A DNA stretch of 64,000 bases from Tubiluchus corallicola. Lineage: Eukaryota > Animalia > Priapulida. The stretch covers positions 64,830 to 128,829 of the forward strand of contig JAQGDQ010000374.1 in assembly GCA_030141605.1 (NCBI GenBank), in the 5' to 3' direction. The position numbers and the translations under genes were made by a program. Every line of letters begins with the position of its first letter. Position 1 is the stretch's first letter. Below, piece after piece: positions 23,903 through 38,135 of the stretch. The notes under the pieces were generated by a model, which saw only the letters and a program-made list of their open reading frames with translations, searched no databases and had not been told where the DNA came from.

Positions 23903-25412
23903 GTTTGTAAATTTTTTATTTGTCAGGTAAACTGCTTTGTTGTGGACAGTTTTGCTCGATAATTTTCAGTAACCGTGGCCGTGTTACATGCAGGCACACA
24001 AAGATTTACTTAAACATGTGCATAGATGATCTGAACACTTGTATTTTAATGTGGTCCTTTCATACACATGGTGTTTCAAACGTCCGTTAGTAATTTGTTT
24101 TTGATTTGCAGTCACTCGGCCAACGACATTCGTGTTGTGGTAAACTCATACTCAGTAACTCAGAATTTGACTCAACACTTGAAGTTTTGTGTCTTTTTCT
24201 GCCACTATGCCGACTTTAGAGCAAAGGTGTCAAAATTACTGCAGAGCCATTAAAGTGATTTCAATGCCATTCAAAGTTACGCTGGTGCCTCAGCCATTGT
24301 AGATAAGTTAATATTTTTGCGAAAATTCCATATTTCGTAAAATTATTAGACAAAATTACTTCAAGAAAAGTGAAATATGATAGAGCTTTGCCAGATAGTA
24401 TGAAAATAAACGGACTTTTTTCGGTAGTCTAAAGATACGCTGCTTCCCGTTTAATATGTAAGCAGTCTAACGAGTTCAAGAGCTTTATAATTCACAATTT
24501 TTTATCGTTCAGTTTGTCTTTTAAGTTGTTGTACTTTTGTCACTTGCATTCGTCACTATTTCTGTCACATTCTTTATCGGTGTCACGACAATAAGCCTTT
24601 CACGGTTCCAGCGATTGATGATGATTATCATGAGGTCAAAGATTAAGTGTACCAGACAACGTATTTGTGTACGCTTGACAACGCCTCGCAGCTCAAGCTA
24701 CTGTAACAGTAACAGTTTTAACAGCTAGCTAGAACCTTACCTAGTTTATTTTTTCTTGTTCTCAAGCAAAATCCTGTCAGTAAACCACTCTACGCACAGA
24801 CTAATGCAAAGTTAAATAATGTTTGCACGAAACAACTTAAGTTACTGAAATGATGCGGTAGAAGGCTTTGCTTTACACACATGTCACGTGACGGTTGTAG
24901 CTAAGACGCGTTGCTGTGGTACACTTAATTTTTGCCCTACAGCAATTGCGCTTGCGCACAACGAAAGTGTGAAAAGGCTTATTGCAGACATTGGTACAAC
25001 AAACGCCAGTTTTTGAGAACTGCACTTGCTTTTTTGATACAAAGCCTTGCAGCTACATTGTACAGATTAAAATGCAGCTAATTTTGTTTCTGTTGTGTCT
25101 GATACTAGACTTCGAATATAGACTTCTTCTTAATGGCTGCTATCTCAGCCCTCCTGTTTCATTGCTTATGGTGATGGTGGAGGTTTATGGTGCTATATGT
25201 GAAGGAAAGTTCCATCTCTGAATGTTCCCAACTATGTTTCCATTTCTCACAGAGCTACTGGCAGCCCTTGTAACGTTTTCCGAATGTGAAGCTTGATAAC
25301 TGTTTCAAGGTCAATCATTCACTGAATTTTTCATTCTTCCAAGCTTATTCGTTTTAACTAACAGTAATTTGCATATCTGAAAAAGTTTTCCATAATATTG
25401 TACAAATTTAAA

Positions 25413-25854
25413 GAAGTTTTTCCCATCGGAGCACTAGGCTTTCCCACTGAAGTTTTCCCACCGGCGCACTAGGCCTTCCCACTGAAGTTTTCCCACCGGA
25501 ACACTAGGCCTTCCCACTGAAGTTTTCCCACCGGAGCACTAGGCCTGCCCACTGAAGTTTTCCCACCGGAGCACTAGGCCTTCCCACTGAAGTTTTCCCA
25601 CCGGAACACTAGGCCTTCCCACTGAAGTTTTCCCACCGGAGCACTAGGCCTTCCCACTAAAGTTTTCCCACCGGAACACTAGGCCTTCCCACTGAAGTTT
25701 TCCCACCGGAGCACTAGGCCTTCCCACTAAAGTTTTCCCACTGGAACACTAGTCCTTCCCACTGAAATTTTCCCACCGGAACACTAGGCCTTCCCACTGA
25801 AGTTTTCCCACCGGAACACTAGGCCTTCCCACTGAAGTTTTCCCACCGGAACAC
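25413..25854 (+). repeat. Minisatellite, 35-bp unit, ~12 copies
   Basis: GAAGTTTTCCCACCGGAGCACTAGGCCTTCCCACT repeated with no unique spacers. Confidence 0.95.
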
Positions 25855-26014
25855 AGCGTCTGTGTTCCATGAAACAACATTGAAACCATTTATGGATTGT
25901 TTAAACGAACCTTCATTTCAGTTGGCGTCATTTCTGTATTTTAAATTATTTGATTATCAGGCAGCTTGCATCTGTCTAACCCATCCATCTTGGGCGGCCA
26001 TATTGGATTTTTAT

Positions 26015-26520
26015 TAATAAATGACATAAATGATGAATTAAAAACTGTTCAGCCAATTCAAAAATTTAAAAAGAAATACAGAGCAATGATTCTCAACAAG
26101 TACAACACTTCCTAATTTCCCACACCTACTGCAGCAGTCATACCACAATCCTGGTACAGATTATGCAAAACAAGGCATCATTGATAAATCTTTAGAGCTG
26201 ATGTCAACATAGCACAATCTATTATCTTTCTTCCTACCATTTCCACTAACACATCCTTCTACCCTTCCTGTGTCATCTAACCTTTCTCCCAGTTCTTTTT
26301 TGTTCACTCGTCCATTTTTTTATCGGGTTCACATGACAGTGGGCTTATACAAGCCTTTGCTTCTCTAGCCCACTGCAGTACAATTATTCTTTTACGATAA
26401 CGATAGTGTATGAAACATAACAATTTAATATAGTAGATGTAATAATTTTGATGTGACTGTGTGCTTAATGTCATTATATTGTACTGAATGTGATAATAAT
26501 AATAAATAAATAAATAAAAA
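26015..26520 (+). mobile_element. LINE 3' end remnant (CR1-group, distinct family)
   Basis: ..INDELKTVQPIQKFKKKYRAMILNKYNTS* followed by a 3' UTR with a GGGCT..ACAAGCCTTTGCTT..AGCCC stem-loop and an (AATA)n tail. Confidence 0.6.
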
Positions 26521-26949
26521 TAACTTTTGCGTAAACAAGAACCTGGTATATTAACACAAATTCCGAAGTCTTGGAATTTCCCGAACAGATCCATTTAGTG
26601 TAATTGTTCTTTTTCACCTCAAAACGTACATTTTTTTCTACTCGCATCGAACCGAGAACTTCGTAATGAACGGTCAACGATATCGTGCAAAAAGAAAATT
26701 TATAGGGCTGCACGTAGAGTAGGCTACTCGCAAAGAAAAGAGGCTCATTTATTCAGATGAACACAAAAGAGTGGCCATGTACTTATCTGTTCTGTTCTGA
26801 ACGACCTCGTAAGATTCTCTTCAATGAGCAGAGAAAACGGCAAGTTGTCAATGGCAGCATCCCTAATTCACGTATACAGACTTTTACGTGACAATAATGT
26901 TTTTTCTTCAATTTTTCCATCTTTATTTTTTCTTTCTTTTTTACGTTCG

Positions 26950-27260
<311 letters not shown>

Positions 27261-27403
27261 TTTTTCTTTTCCTTCTCAGTTTTTTCTTTCTTTTACTATA
27301 TATATATATATATATACATGCTTCCATTCTTTCTCTTATTACTTTCTTTTCCCCTCGGCAAGCAGCGAGGAGGTCAGATTATGAATGAAGTTTATTTTTC
27401 TAG

Positions 27404-27567
27404 GTGCATCATAACAAATTTAACATCAATCCGCAAAGCGCCATCCAGAGCAGGTTACTGGACAAGGTTAGCAATACAAGCAGCGACACCAACAGTCAAA
27501 ACAGCAACAAGTTTGAACCACAGACGCCTTTGAAGAAGATGAAGAACATCCCACAGTTTTTAGAAAA
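27404..27567 (+). CDS. Ankyrin-repeat protein, coding exon 2 (164 nt)
   Basis: Acceptor TTTTTCTAG|GTG. Open frame VHHNKFNINPQSAIQSRLLDKVSNTSSDTNSQNSNKFEPQTPLKKMKNIPQFLE(K). Donor AA|GTACGT gives phase 2, exactly what exon 3 needs. This frame is not in the supplied ORF track. Confidence 0.8.
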
Positions 27568-27760
27568 GTACGTACGTTAGACGCGGCTTTTAATGGCTGT
27601 AGTGGATTACGAGTTATTAAAACTAGAAGCAGTGTTATATGTGGTCTGAAAACAAGCTTAAAAATCATTGTGTTGCAGGTTTGGTTATAGTCAATAAGGA
27701 TAAGTGTCAACTTTTGAAACTAAAATGAAATATAATAGTTAATACAGCCGGAACCCAACT

Positions 27761-28504
27761 GTTCAGACTAGCGAGTTTTCTGTCAAGTGTGAACTGCTTT
27801 GCGAGTTACTGTCATCAAGAAATTGCAAGCTCGTTGACAGTTGCTGCGAGTTATTGTCTAGTTACTCTAGTATGAACTCCTCGGCGAGTTACTCTCGACT
27901 CCTTTCACAGTGAATAGAGAAGCGAATGTCTCTCTCGAGCTTACTTTCGCAGAGTAACTCGCAGCAAGTTTTGCCCTCTCGTCTGAGCACGATTGTGAGT
28001 TACTTGGCGAGTTACTCTCGACTCTTTTCACAGTGAATAGAGAAGCGAATGTCTTTCTCGAGATTACTTTCGCAGAGTAACTCGCAGCAAGTTTTGCCCT
28101 CTTGTCTGAGCACGATTGTGAGTTACTTGGCGAGTTACTCTCGACTCTTTTCACAGTGAATAGAGAAGCGAATGTCTCTCTCGAGCTTACTTTCGCAGAG
28201 TAACTCGCAGCAAGTTTTGCCCTCTTGTCTGAGCACGATTGTGAGTTACTTGGCGCGTTACTCTCAACTCTTCCCACAGTGAATAGAGAAGCGAATGTCT
28301 CTCTCGAGCTTACTTTCGCAGAGTAACTCGCAGCAAGTTTTGCCCTTTGGTCTGAGCACGATTGTGAGTTACTTGGAGAGTTACTCTCGACTCTTCTCGC
28401 GGTGAATAGAAAAGTGAATGTCTCTCTCGAGCTAACTTTCGCAGAGTAACTATAGTCTGAGCACGAATGTGAGTTACTTGGGGATAAAACTCGCTAGTCT
28501 AAAC
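27761..28504. mobile_element. TIR element (possibly PIF/Harbinger-like) with an internal 123-bp tandem repeat x ~5
   Basis: GTTCAGACTAGCGAGTTTT (27761) matches the reverse complement of AAAACTCGCTAGTCTAAAC (28486-28504) at 18/19. A 123-bp period runs 27885-28480. A related end lies at 42915-43131. Confidence 0.8.
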
Positions 28505-28738
28505 GCGGAGTAAAGTTGAAGGACGTAGAAATCCAGATTTTGTTAGACTCCAGCAACACAATGGCCAATTGTTCTAGAGACTAGCCGAACAACCACTAAT
28601 ATTCACTTTAATTTACATTTTTACAATTTTGCACTAGACTGTAATATATAAATGCAATTATTGTAATGTGTTGAGGAAATAATAGAAGTTAAAAAAAATA
28701 AAAGCTCAATTTTTCTAACGTGTCTGTTGAATATGTAA

Positions 28739-29414
28739 AGGAAAACCGGATGATTGTGTAAACACGAGTTCAGAATAAAGTATGCTCTAAAATGTTGAAA
28801 ACTACAATAGCTTATTTAAATGAAAGCTTAGATGAAATAATAATTACCTCGGATACTCAAATTTCGTCAAACTTTCAAAGCTACGCGCTGCTCAGAGAAT
28901 AAAGAATGCTCTAAAATATTGAAAACTAGAAAAGCTTTTTTATAAATCAAAGCTTAGATTAAATAATAATTACTTCGGATGTGCAAAAATTTCGTTAAAC
29001 TTTCAAAGCTACGCGCGGCTCAGTGAATCTACTAAGATTGGCAGCGGCACCTTTTTGTCACATTCGCGTAGCTGACAAATAGAAGACGGTACCGTGATAA
29101 GCATGATCATGAACTGCAGTGTTAGTTTCTGACGTCATATGGTGTAGAGTCCATTTTACGTGACATCATGCCTTTAAACAGTACTGTAACACTTATGCAA
29201 ATGTGCTTGATGCGCAAGGGAAGACGCCTGTCTTTGCACAAACTGTGGTTAGTTTCTGAGATAAGCAATAGCTGTGTTCGGTTGCCGTTAATTAACTTTC
29301 TAAGCTAATTATTCAAATATAAGAAACAATTGCTAACTTTCATAGGCGAGAATATCTATATTCTGGACAGTAAATTAAAATGAGATTGAGACTAAACAAT
29401 CGTCTGGTCTTCCT
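28739..29414 (-). mobile_element. MITE family A, copy 3, inverted, with an internal ~120-bp duplication
   Basis: Reverse complement of family A. The segment AGAATAAAG..TGCTCTAAAA...GCTACGCG..GCTCAG is present twice (~28772-28895 and ~28896-29024). Confidence 0.92.
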
Positions 29415-29625
29415 TTTAAATGATTTTGGTTAAAAGGAGGCAACATTGTAAATAGTACATCTAAAACACTATAATACAAAATCAGTCAATAGGAGATGGA
29501 CTACATTCCACGTGGACAATTTGGCGATACGACAGCGCGCAGTTAAAAGGGGAGACTTATTGTATTTTAGAAACATGATTAAATGGAATTGAATAGAATT
29601 GAGTGAATTGTTTGAAACTGTTTAG

Positions 29626-29851
29626 ATATGGAGACAGAAGGGAAAGTCTTACGGGAGAGGATCAGTACACACCGTGGATATTTCGCAATGCACTTCACGT
29701 GGCCGTCTGGTCAAACACCATCGATGTCACAAAGTTACTGCTGCAATACGGTGCTGACCCGAACGCAGGGGGAGCGAAACCCTTTGAACAAGATCATTAC
29801 GGAAGCGATACAGGAAGTAGTCCAAGTCCCTGCCTTCTCTCTCCTGATCAG
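29626..29851 (+). CDS. Ankyrin-repeat protein, coding exon 3 (226 nt; canonical ANK repeat)
   Basis: Acceptor TGTTTAG|A. Encodes RNALHVAVWSNTIDVTKLLLQYGADPN. Donor CAG|GTAAGC, phase 0. Confidence 0.92.
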
Positions 29852-30117
29852 GTAAGCCAGCAATGCAGTTTGTGTCAACGCGGATTTGTTAGTTTAACTT
29901 TTTAGGGTGTGGTCAATTGCCTTCCAGTTTATTTTTTCATTGGTTCAGACAATTCAGATACAAACAGGTAACCCTTTTCAAGTATTTGCTTCTTAACAGC
30001 AAACTGTAATACTGTATTTGAAATTTTAGTCGCTATATCATTGTACAGTGTTGCCTGTAGACATGTTCTTTGGGGTAACCTATATGAAATCGTGTAGAAT
30101 GGTCAAGAATTTTAATA

Positions 30118-30423
<306 letters not shown>

Positions 30424-32452
30424 AAATCTTTATTTGCCATTTTAAAAACATTGACCATCATAATAAAAGACAGACAATCAGTGTTAGTTCATATAAAAAA
30501 CATACACTGTTCTGGGCAAATGCATCTGGTGCAAGCTAAACTATAAGTGCAACTAGAAATTCAAAAATAAAATATAAACTAGTTTAGTAAGGTCTAGGAA
30601 AAATGATATTATGATTTGAGTGAGTATCATCGTGTTCGTATGTTGGATAATTCAAAACGAGTCATTAAATGTTTTTTTTAATTTAGACTTGAATATTGAT
30701 AAAGAGCTGCTGTGTTTTAGTGATGTCGGTAATGAATTCCAAAGTTGTATTGCTTGCTTAGTAATGGAATTCTTTCCATATTGATTGTTCGTTCTAATGT
30801 TTCTTAAATTTAGTGTTCTGTTATTCATACTGGGGTTTTTAAGAAGTGGGAGCTTATTGTTTTTGAAAGGAGAATTTATATTGCTGATATATTTATAGAG
30901 AAACAGGAGAGTTTGATATTCATATTTTTCACATGAGTTTGATAACCTCTGTGGGCTTCTAATATCGGGATTTTCATGGAGTTTCTTAAAGAGGTGGCAG
31001 AATATTTACTTGTATTGTGAGATGATTTCAAAGAATGACCATTAACTAATCGTAAAGCATAGTTTTGAAGTACATTTAATTTGATGTGTGACTCTCTTTT
31101 CACTTTTCGGTACAGTATGCAGGCATATAAATAATGGGGCAAAATTAAAGTTTCGTAAATTAGAATTTTTGTTCGTTTTGATAGCTGTCCTCTGATTTGT
31201 CGAAGGTACGAAGTACTTAATGCCATTTTTTTATAAATGTTGATGAACTGCTCTTCCCATGAAAGCATGTTGTCCAACTTAAGAAATTAACAACTTTTGA
31301 CTGCACGATAACATCATTTTCTATTTGCAAGGATATAGCAGCAGTATTTTCAGTATTGTTAATTGTTGGGGATAATACCATAAATTCTGTTTTATCACTA
31401 TTAATTTTTAGCTTATAATAATTAAATGCCATGTTGATATTGTTTATGCCCTTTTCAAAGTACTGTTTTGCAATGTTGATATTCTCGTGGGCCAGATAAA
31501 TAGTCGTGTCGTCTGCATATTGCGTAATACTTGAATGTTGTAGAACGTTAGAAATATTGTTGATGTAAAGGTTAAACAGTAGAGGTCCCAACAGTGTGCC
31601 ATGTGGGATACCTCGTTGAAGGTTAGCCTAATCTGAGAATGTTGTAGAGCTTATTTTAAACCGCTGCTTTCTATTTTGTAGGTAATCATTAATTAATTTT
31701 AATGCTGATTGTTCAAATCCAAGTTCTTTCAAATTATCTATTAGTAGTAAGTGATTTAAACTGTCAAAAGCTTTACTTAAATCTAGAAAAGCTGCTGCCA
31801 CATATTTATTTTTATCAAGATTATCTCGCCAGTTTTCAGTTACGTTTATTATAGCATCGACAGTTGAATGTTTTTTTTCTAAATCCGAATTGATGTTTCG
31901 ATAAGAGTTCTTTTTGATTGACATATGTAATAATTTGATCATAGATTACTCTTTCCCAAATTTTACTCATACAATGAACTATTGATACTGGCCTGTAATT
32001 TATTGGTTCATCTTTAGCATTCTTTTTGTGGATTGGTTTAATATTAGCTGTTTTGCATTGATCAGGAAATTTGCCACGCATTATTATTTGGTTAGTGATA
32101 TACGTTATATGTGGAGCAATTAAATGCATACTGTCCTTTAGAATTTTTATTGGTATGTCAGATGTGCCACTACCTTTATTGGCATCTAAATTATTTATTA
32201 TTTTTAAAATATCAGCAAAAGTAACACTGGAAAATGAAAATTGGTTATTTGCAGGTCCTGGTTTTAGTTAGTCCTTTATGGTATCAGTATAATCATTCTG
32301 CAAATTAAAGTTTCCGAGGTTAACAAACGTCTCATTTAACAAATTTGCCATATCTTTGGGTTTCGTTATTGTGGTATTGTTGATTTTAAGTTCATTTACC
32401 CTATTTTGTTTATTTTTATGTTTATTTATAATATTGTTGATCACTGTCCATT
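30424..32452 (-). mobile_element. 5'-truncated, frameshifted non-LTR retrotransposon (CR1 group: L2/Crack/Daphne-like) with RT domain
   Basis: Consecutive minus-strand fragments: KPKDMANLLNETFVNLG; FPDQCKTANIKPIHKK..NYRPVSI; HQFGFRK; AAFLDLSKAFDSLNH; GIPHGTLLGPLLFNLYIN..QYADDT; LKINSDKTEFM; QLWNSLP. The 3' UTR ends ATGGCAAATAAAGATTTT(ACT)n. Confidence 0.95.
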
Positions 32453-32497
<45 letters not shown>

Positions 32498-32528
32498 CAG
32501 CAGTAGTAGCAGTAGTAGTAGTAGTAGT

Positions 32529-32563
<35 letters not shown>

Positions 32564-32805
32564 TAGCAGCAGTAGTAGCAGCAGCAGTAGTAGTAGCAGT
32601 AACAGTAGCAGTAGCAGCAGTAGCAGTGGCACTAGTAGTGGCAGTAGCAGCAGCATTAGTAGTAGAAACAGTAGCAGTAGCAGTAGCAGCAGCAGCATTA
32701 GTAGTAGAAATAGTAGCAGTAGCAGTAGCAGTAGCAGCAGCAGTAGCAGTAGTAGCAGTAGCAGTAGTAGCAGTAGCAGTAGCAGTACAGTAGCAGTAGT
32801 AATAG
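32453..32805. repeat. (TAG/CAG)n tract at the LINE 5' truncation point
   Basis: Seen directly in the sequence. Confidence 0.95.
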
Positions 32806-33095
32806 TCATTTATAGTGAAAATACCAAATAAATTCGATATTAACAAAAATTAGACACACGTGCATGGCAACAGATAACAAAGTTCTCGTAAATCAGTACA
32901 ATACAATGTGGAACTATACAAAAATACAATGCACCTTGTGTATACATACGTAAACAAATTCAACTTGAACAAATTCGCGAATATTCGTTAAGCGTACGTG
33001 TTTGAAACAAGTTTTCCTTTGTGTCTCACGTAAGCGTCTCTTATCACGCATGTAATACGCCCGCGTCACGATGAGCTTAATTTCCTTGCAAACTG

Positions 33096-33219
33096 TTTGT
33101 TAAAGTTTTTTGGATTGGGTAACGTGAACCACGTGACCTGGACGTACAGATTTCGTTTGTTAAAGTTTTTAGGATTGGGTAATGTGAACCACGTGACCTG
33201 GACGTACAGATTTCGTTTT
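33096..33219 (+). repeat. 60-bp tandem duplication
   Basis: TTTGTTAAAGTTTTT(T/A)GGATTGGGTAA(C/T)GTGAACCACGTGACCTGGACGTACAGATTTCG x2. Confidence 0.9.
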
Positions 33220-34533
33220 ATTTCTGTTGTTGGTTTGAATTGTGTGACCGGGACACGTAGTTACTTAACGAAGCCTTTCTAGTTTTCGCTTACCCTGCCA
33301 ACAAGTGGATTACCAGGGCACGTTCACATACTCCACGTTCTGTGAGTCACCCAGATTCTGCCAGTTCCTTCTCTTTAAGTTTCTAACTTGGTGTTTAACC
33401 TCCTCGGATTCTGAAAGAAGAAAATATGCCTTCCAGGACAGCTACCCCGTGTTTACATGGTTGGTGAAATGGAGATTGCTCTAAGAGAAAACTAGATCTA
33501 TCTAGTCCAGCGAAAACAAGAACAGACTTGGAATTTAAGGGTCATTCGGCTCCTGACCACTGGTCAAAAGCCAATCGCAAAATTTAATACTATGGAAACC
33601 TGTAAGTTAAACCATTGGTTTACTTGCAAAATTGTTTGCATATTTCCATTCAGAATGCGAAGATTGAAATTACCTGCATTTTATTAAAAACTTGTGAGGA
33701 ATTAGTAATTTATGTGTGCTTATTGGTTTTTTCTGCCTGGATACGTCGTTTTGAACACTATTTAACGTTGTAATGGAATCCACATAAACACATTTCGTGA
33801 CTACGTTATTTAGAAGGCCATTTAGCATTGCCACATAGAATCCGTTTGATCGTGAAAATTTAAAATACGATGTTACTCTTTTAGGCAGTCACAATATAAA
33901 AATTTATTACATAAAGAGCAAGTTTAAGAGAGTTCAACTTAGAGTTCCCCTGAACTCAAAATCAGTCACTATTGTGACAGAAATACGTAGAAAAGGTAAT
34001 TTATTTCTGTTTCACAACTTTCGTTGTTCCTTCTACGTAGCTAAAACAAACCTTTTGCACTAAAGTCGTCGCAGATGCTAAACGAATTCATGAATTCGCA
34101 ATGCTAGATAGGATATAACCAAAACAGTCGCCAGTTGTATTTTTAAGAGGTTTGAAAAAACTAGAATAATGCGTTAAACTATAAATTTTGATGTATAACG
34201 TAAATTTGAAACTAATTAATAAACAAATAATTGCATTATAGGTTCTAAATAACATAATAGTTCTTCATGATTTTGTACTATATGACTAATTATAATTGTA
34301 CTGAATTTTTATTTTTTGTATGTAGTAGTAGTAGTATAGTTTATTGACTAAGAATACAATGATTAATGCAAAAACTGGGGTAACAGAAAATGATAAAATT
34401 TACACTTCATTCATTATTCTTTTCAAGAATTTATCAAAGGTGGATCATATTAGCATATAGAATAAAATCGTTGTACCAACTTTATACCATTGAAATAAAT
34501 TGTAGAAATTGCATAAATAACGTCGTTTACGTG

Positions 34534-34653
<120 letters not shown>

Positions 34654-34706
34654 TTGTAACTTTGTCTTGTAAATTACTGCCTAAGTATTTTGTTGTTGTG
34701 TTATCC

Positions 34707-34744
<38 letters not shown>

Positions 34745-35179
34745 GCAATAAATAAGTTCTACATTCATAAATTCTATTTACTTTGCATAACTCATCTAAA
34801 TCAAACATGTGCATGTTTCCGCTGTTACAGGATAGAGGCCTAAGGCCAGGATACACTTTATTTTCCATTACACGTGCGCCTTTTAATTTTCCGTTTCCTG
34901 TACACTTTCTAATTGGGTCGAGTAGATTTTCTAATGATCTAAATCTGTGGGTAAACTGATGCCCTGAATAAGAGCAGTGTGTTTAGAAATGTAGGTTAAC
35001 CCTGAACAGAAGTATTAGAATCATAATGATTAAAGTTTTTTCATGATCTGTTCGTCAAGTTTTTGCTAAAAGGTATGACGTTTTAAAAACAACAAAGAAG
35101 ATCATGGCGCATTTAACATGTTCTGCCTATGTCACATGCTGCTCGCTATTGTAATAGCAATATTACATGAACATTATGA

Positions 35180-35730
35180 ATAATCTATAACTAAAAGAGC
35201 GTAAAAGAACATCGCAGCATGAGAATAAAATTCACACAACTGTTAAAGGCAAATGCGTCCAGTGCAAACTAAAAACTACTGTGCCAAAAATTTAAAACAA
35301 AAATATACATTATAATGTTACGCAAATTATAATAGACTATATACAATATATACATACAATTTAAAATGGACGTGGGTAAATAAAATTTGCGGATGAATAT
35401 ATATTATCGTTTACGTATGTAGGGTTTTCCAAACGATTTAATGTATGTATTTTTAATTTTGATTTGAATTCGTCGAAAGACTTGATTCGTTTGAAATTTG
35501 ATGGCCGGGTATTCCAAAGTTGAACTCCTTGTTTAGTCATAGAATTGTTGCCGTATTTGTTATTAGTGCGTATTTGTTTAATATTACGTGTTCTTGGATT
35601 TAATGTTGGCTCCAAGAGGAGTGGAAGCTTATATTTGATAAAGGGGGTGTTAATATTGTTATACTTCTTATATGTAAGTAAAAAACTTTCTAATAGCAGC
35701 CTTAATTGTATCGTTTGTGATGCCACTTGC
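35180..35730 (-). mobile_element. LINE 3' end (family L-A), longest short copy
   Basis: ORF 35361-35726 ..PFIKYKLPLL..RNIKQIRTNNKYGNNSMTKQGVQLWNTRP.. is homologous to the C-terminus of the 30.4-32.4 kb LINE and to the 7.8 and 15.8 kb copies. Confidence 0.87.
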
Positions 35731-36021
35731 TCACATTACTTGTAAAGAGGCCAAACCGTTCACGTCGCAGAGCTTTTCACGTCAAGTGACCAAACCTCTA
35801 AACAAATAATATTGAACTAGGGGCAAGTAGTAACGATCTTATCTATGCAGTATTCAGGTCCTCATTAAGAACCAGTAAACAGGGGTGATGCACTGTCCTT
35901 AATTAACTTAGACACTTATCCAGGAATGTATTATGTGATAACGGGGCCGAGAAAATAGGTTGCACATGCTGATGTTACAACTGTAATTTTCTTAACAACT
36001 TTGTTCTTGTTTTTCTTAAAG

Positions 36022-36813
36022 GCCCGAAGTCGTCCGGCGAGCAGAGAGGATAGAAGCTCAACAGCTTCAGAGATTTTCTTCGGACAGTTACTCACACCAG
36101 AGCAAAGCATCCGTCGTCCGCATAGCGTCAGTTCTTGCCGCTCACGAAACAATAGCGTGCGATCCGGACACGGTAGTTTTCGTCACAAGCGTATCACGCG
36201 CCAACAATCGATAGAGAAACCGGATTTTCTGCAGCGGTACACGTTCGACTACCTGTACACGTTACCGCCGCTGTTCATCGCGGCACACGAGTGCAATGCG
36301 GAAATGGTCCGTCTCCTGGTCAAGTACGGAGCCAACGTGAACGCCCAGGACCATCACGGGTGCACGCCCATGCACCTTTCCGCTTCGTACGAGACGAATG
36401 TCATGGATTCGACAATGTCTTTGATAGAATGTGGCGGCAGAATCACCATTAACAACAATGACAAGATCTGTCCGGTTGACATATCTCCAGAATTGAAGCG
36501 CATGCAGAAGGAGATAGTTGAGGAGATGATGCAGATCTTCAATCTTCCACATGGAGCACGCCTCCACAAGAGTGGTTCCGGTCACATGTTTGTCAGCCGA
36601 TTGGACAGCAGCGGATCCGGACGAGCGGCAACATTGATCCGGAAATTGCACGTTCACGACAAACTCAAAGGAAAGCACGGTAAAAGAGCAACAAGAGAGA
36701 GTTCACCTGACGACAGCGTTTTCATGGACACGGCCGCTGATTCGCACGGAGGAGGTACCGGAACGTCGTCAGATGCCACTCCTAATACGGAACTGACAGT
36801 AACATTTGAAAAG
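36022..36813 (+). CDS. Ankyrin-repeat protein, coding exon 4 (264 codons; two ANK repeats plus Ser/Arg-rich regions); gene continues 3'
   Basis: Acceptor TTTTTCTTAAAG|GCC, phase 0. Encodes PPLFIAAHECNAEMVRLLVKYGANVNAQDHHGCTPMHLSA. Donor AAG|GTAGGT, phase 0. Confidence 0.93.
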
Positions 36814-37255
36814 GTAGGTTAAGTTACACTGATGTACTTTTGCCTCTTTCACTCGTGTGCACATTGGTGTAAGACGTTTTCCATTTTTATTTCGTAAAGT
36901 TCGTATAAAAATCGGCATTTGCTTCTTCATATCTCAAGGAATTCCGCTGTTTATATGTGTTAGTAATGGATTCACATGAGTCGCCTAGTCTAGACTAATA
37001 AAACGGAAGAAATGGTTTCTTGTAGACACGCGACAGTCATTTACTGCTTTCCAAGGAATGCAGTAAGTGGAAAAATGTTCAGACCTCCCTAAAAGTTTAG
37101 GTATTAGCTGCTCGGAACTCTGTATTGAGATCATTTTCCAGATTCTGCTTTGTGTATAAACACACTGTGATTAATGTCTAGCTTATGTGGAGATTTAGTT
37201 GTAGAGAAAATACGTTTCTCACTTACAAATCTCCTTGCGGCTGTGGCACATTTAA

Positions 37256-37797
37256 AAGAAGACCGGATGATTGCTCAGACTCAGTCTCATTTTAATTTAC
37301 TGTCCAAAATACGCATTTTCTTGCCTATAAAAGTTAACAATTGTTCCTTATATTTGAATAATTAGCTTAGAAAGTTAATTAACGGCAACCGAACACAGCT
37401 ATTGCTTACGTCTGAAACTAACCACAGTTTGTGCAATGGCAGGCATCTTCCCTTGCGCATCAAGCACATTTGCATGAGTATTACAGTACTCTTTAAACGC
37501 ATGATGTCACGAGAAATGGGCTCTACACCATATGACGTCAGAAACTAACACTGCAGTTCATGATCATGCTTATCACGGTACCGTCTTCTATTTGTCGGCC
37601 ACGCGCACGTGACAAAAAGGCGCTGTTGCCAATCTTAGTAGATTCACTGAGCCGCGCGTAGCTTTGAAAATTTAACAAAATTTGAGTATCCGAAGTAATT
37701 ATTATTTAATCTAAGCTTTCATTTAAAAAAAACTATTGTAGTTTTCAATATTTCAGAGCATTCTGAACACGTGTTTACACAATCGGCCGATTTTCCT
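37256..37797 (+). mobile_element. MITE family A, copy 4, TTAA on both sides
   Basis: TTAA|AAGAAGACCGGATGATTG ... ACAATCGGCCGATTTTCCT|TTAA. Confidence 0.93.
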
Positions 37798-38135
37798 TTA
37801 AGCTCGTCAGCTACAATCATCAAACTTATATTCCAGATTCATTAATCATTACCGATCAGTCATCATGTGTGTCAACTACAACTTATAATTAAGGTTAATG
37901 AATAATCGATTGATGTTGTAATGCATAATATATATTTTTTTAATTACCGAAACTATTATTCACTAGAAATAATAATAATTTATCTACGTAATATTACTAC
38001 AAAGAAAAGACACATTAAGAATTTCTTAGTTTTAGGAACAAATAGAAATGAATAAGAACAAGTTTACAAATTTAATTCCAAACGCTTAGAAAGTTAGCAG
38101 AAGATATGCATAACAAAGATGTCGAACATCTAAAC

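Noticed and set aside
25413-25854. CRISPR-like arrays (also 2991-3425, 46263-47099, 57751-59295)
   Set aside because: The units are contiguous with no unique spacers, there are no cas genes, and the context is eukaryotic.
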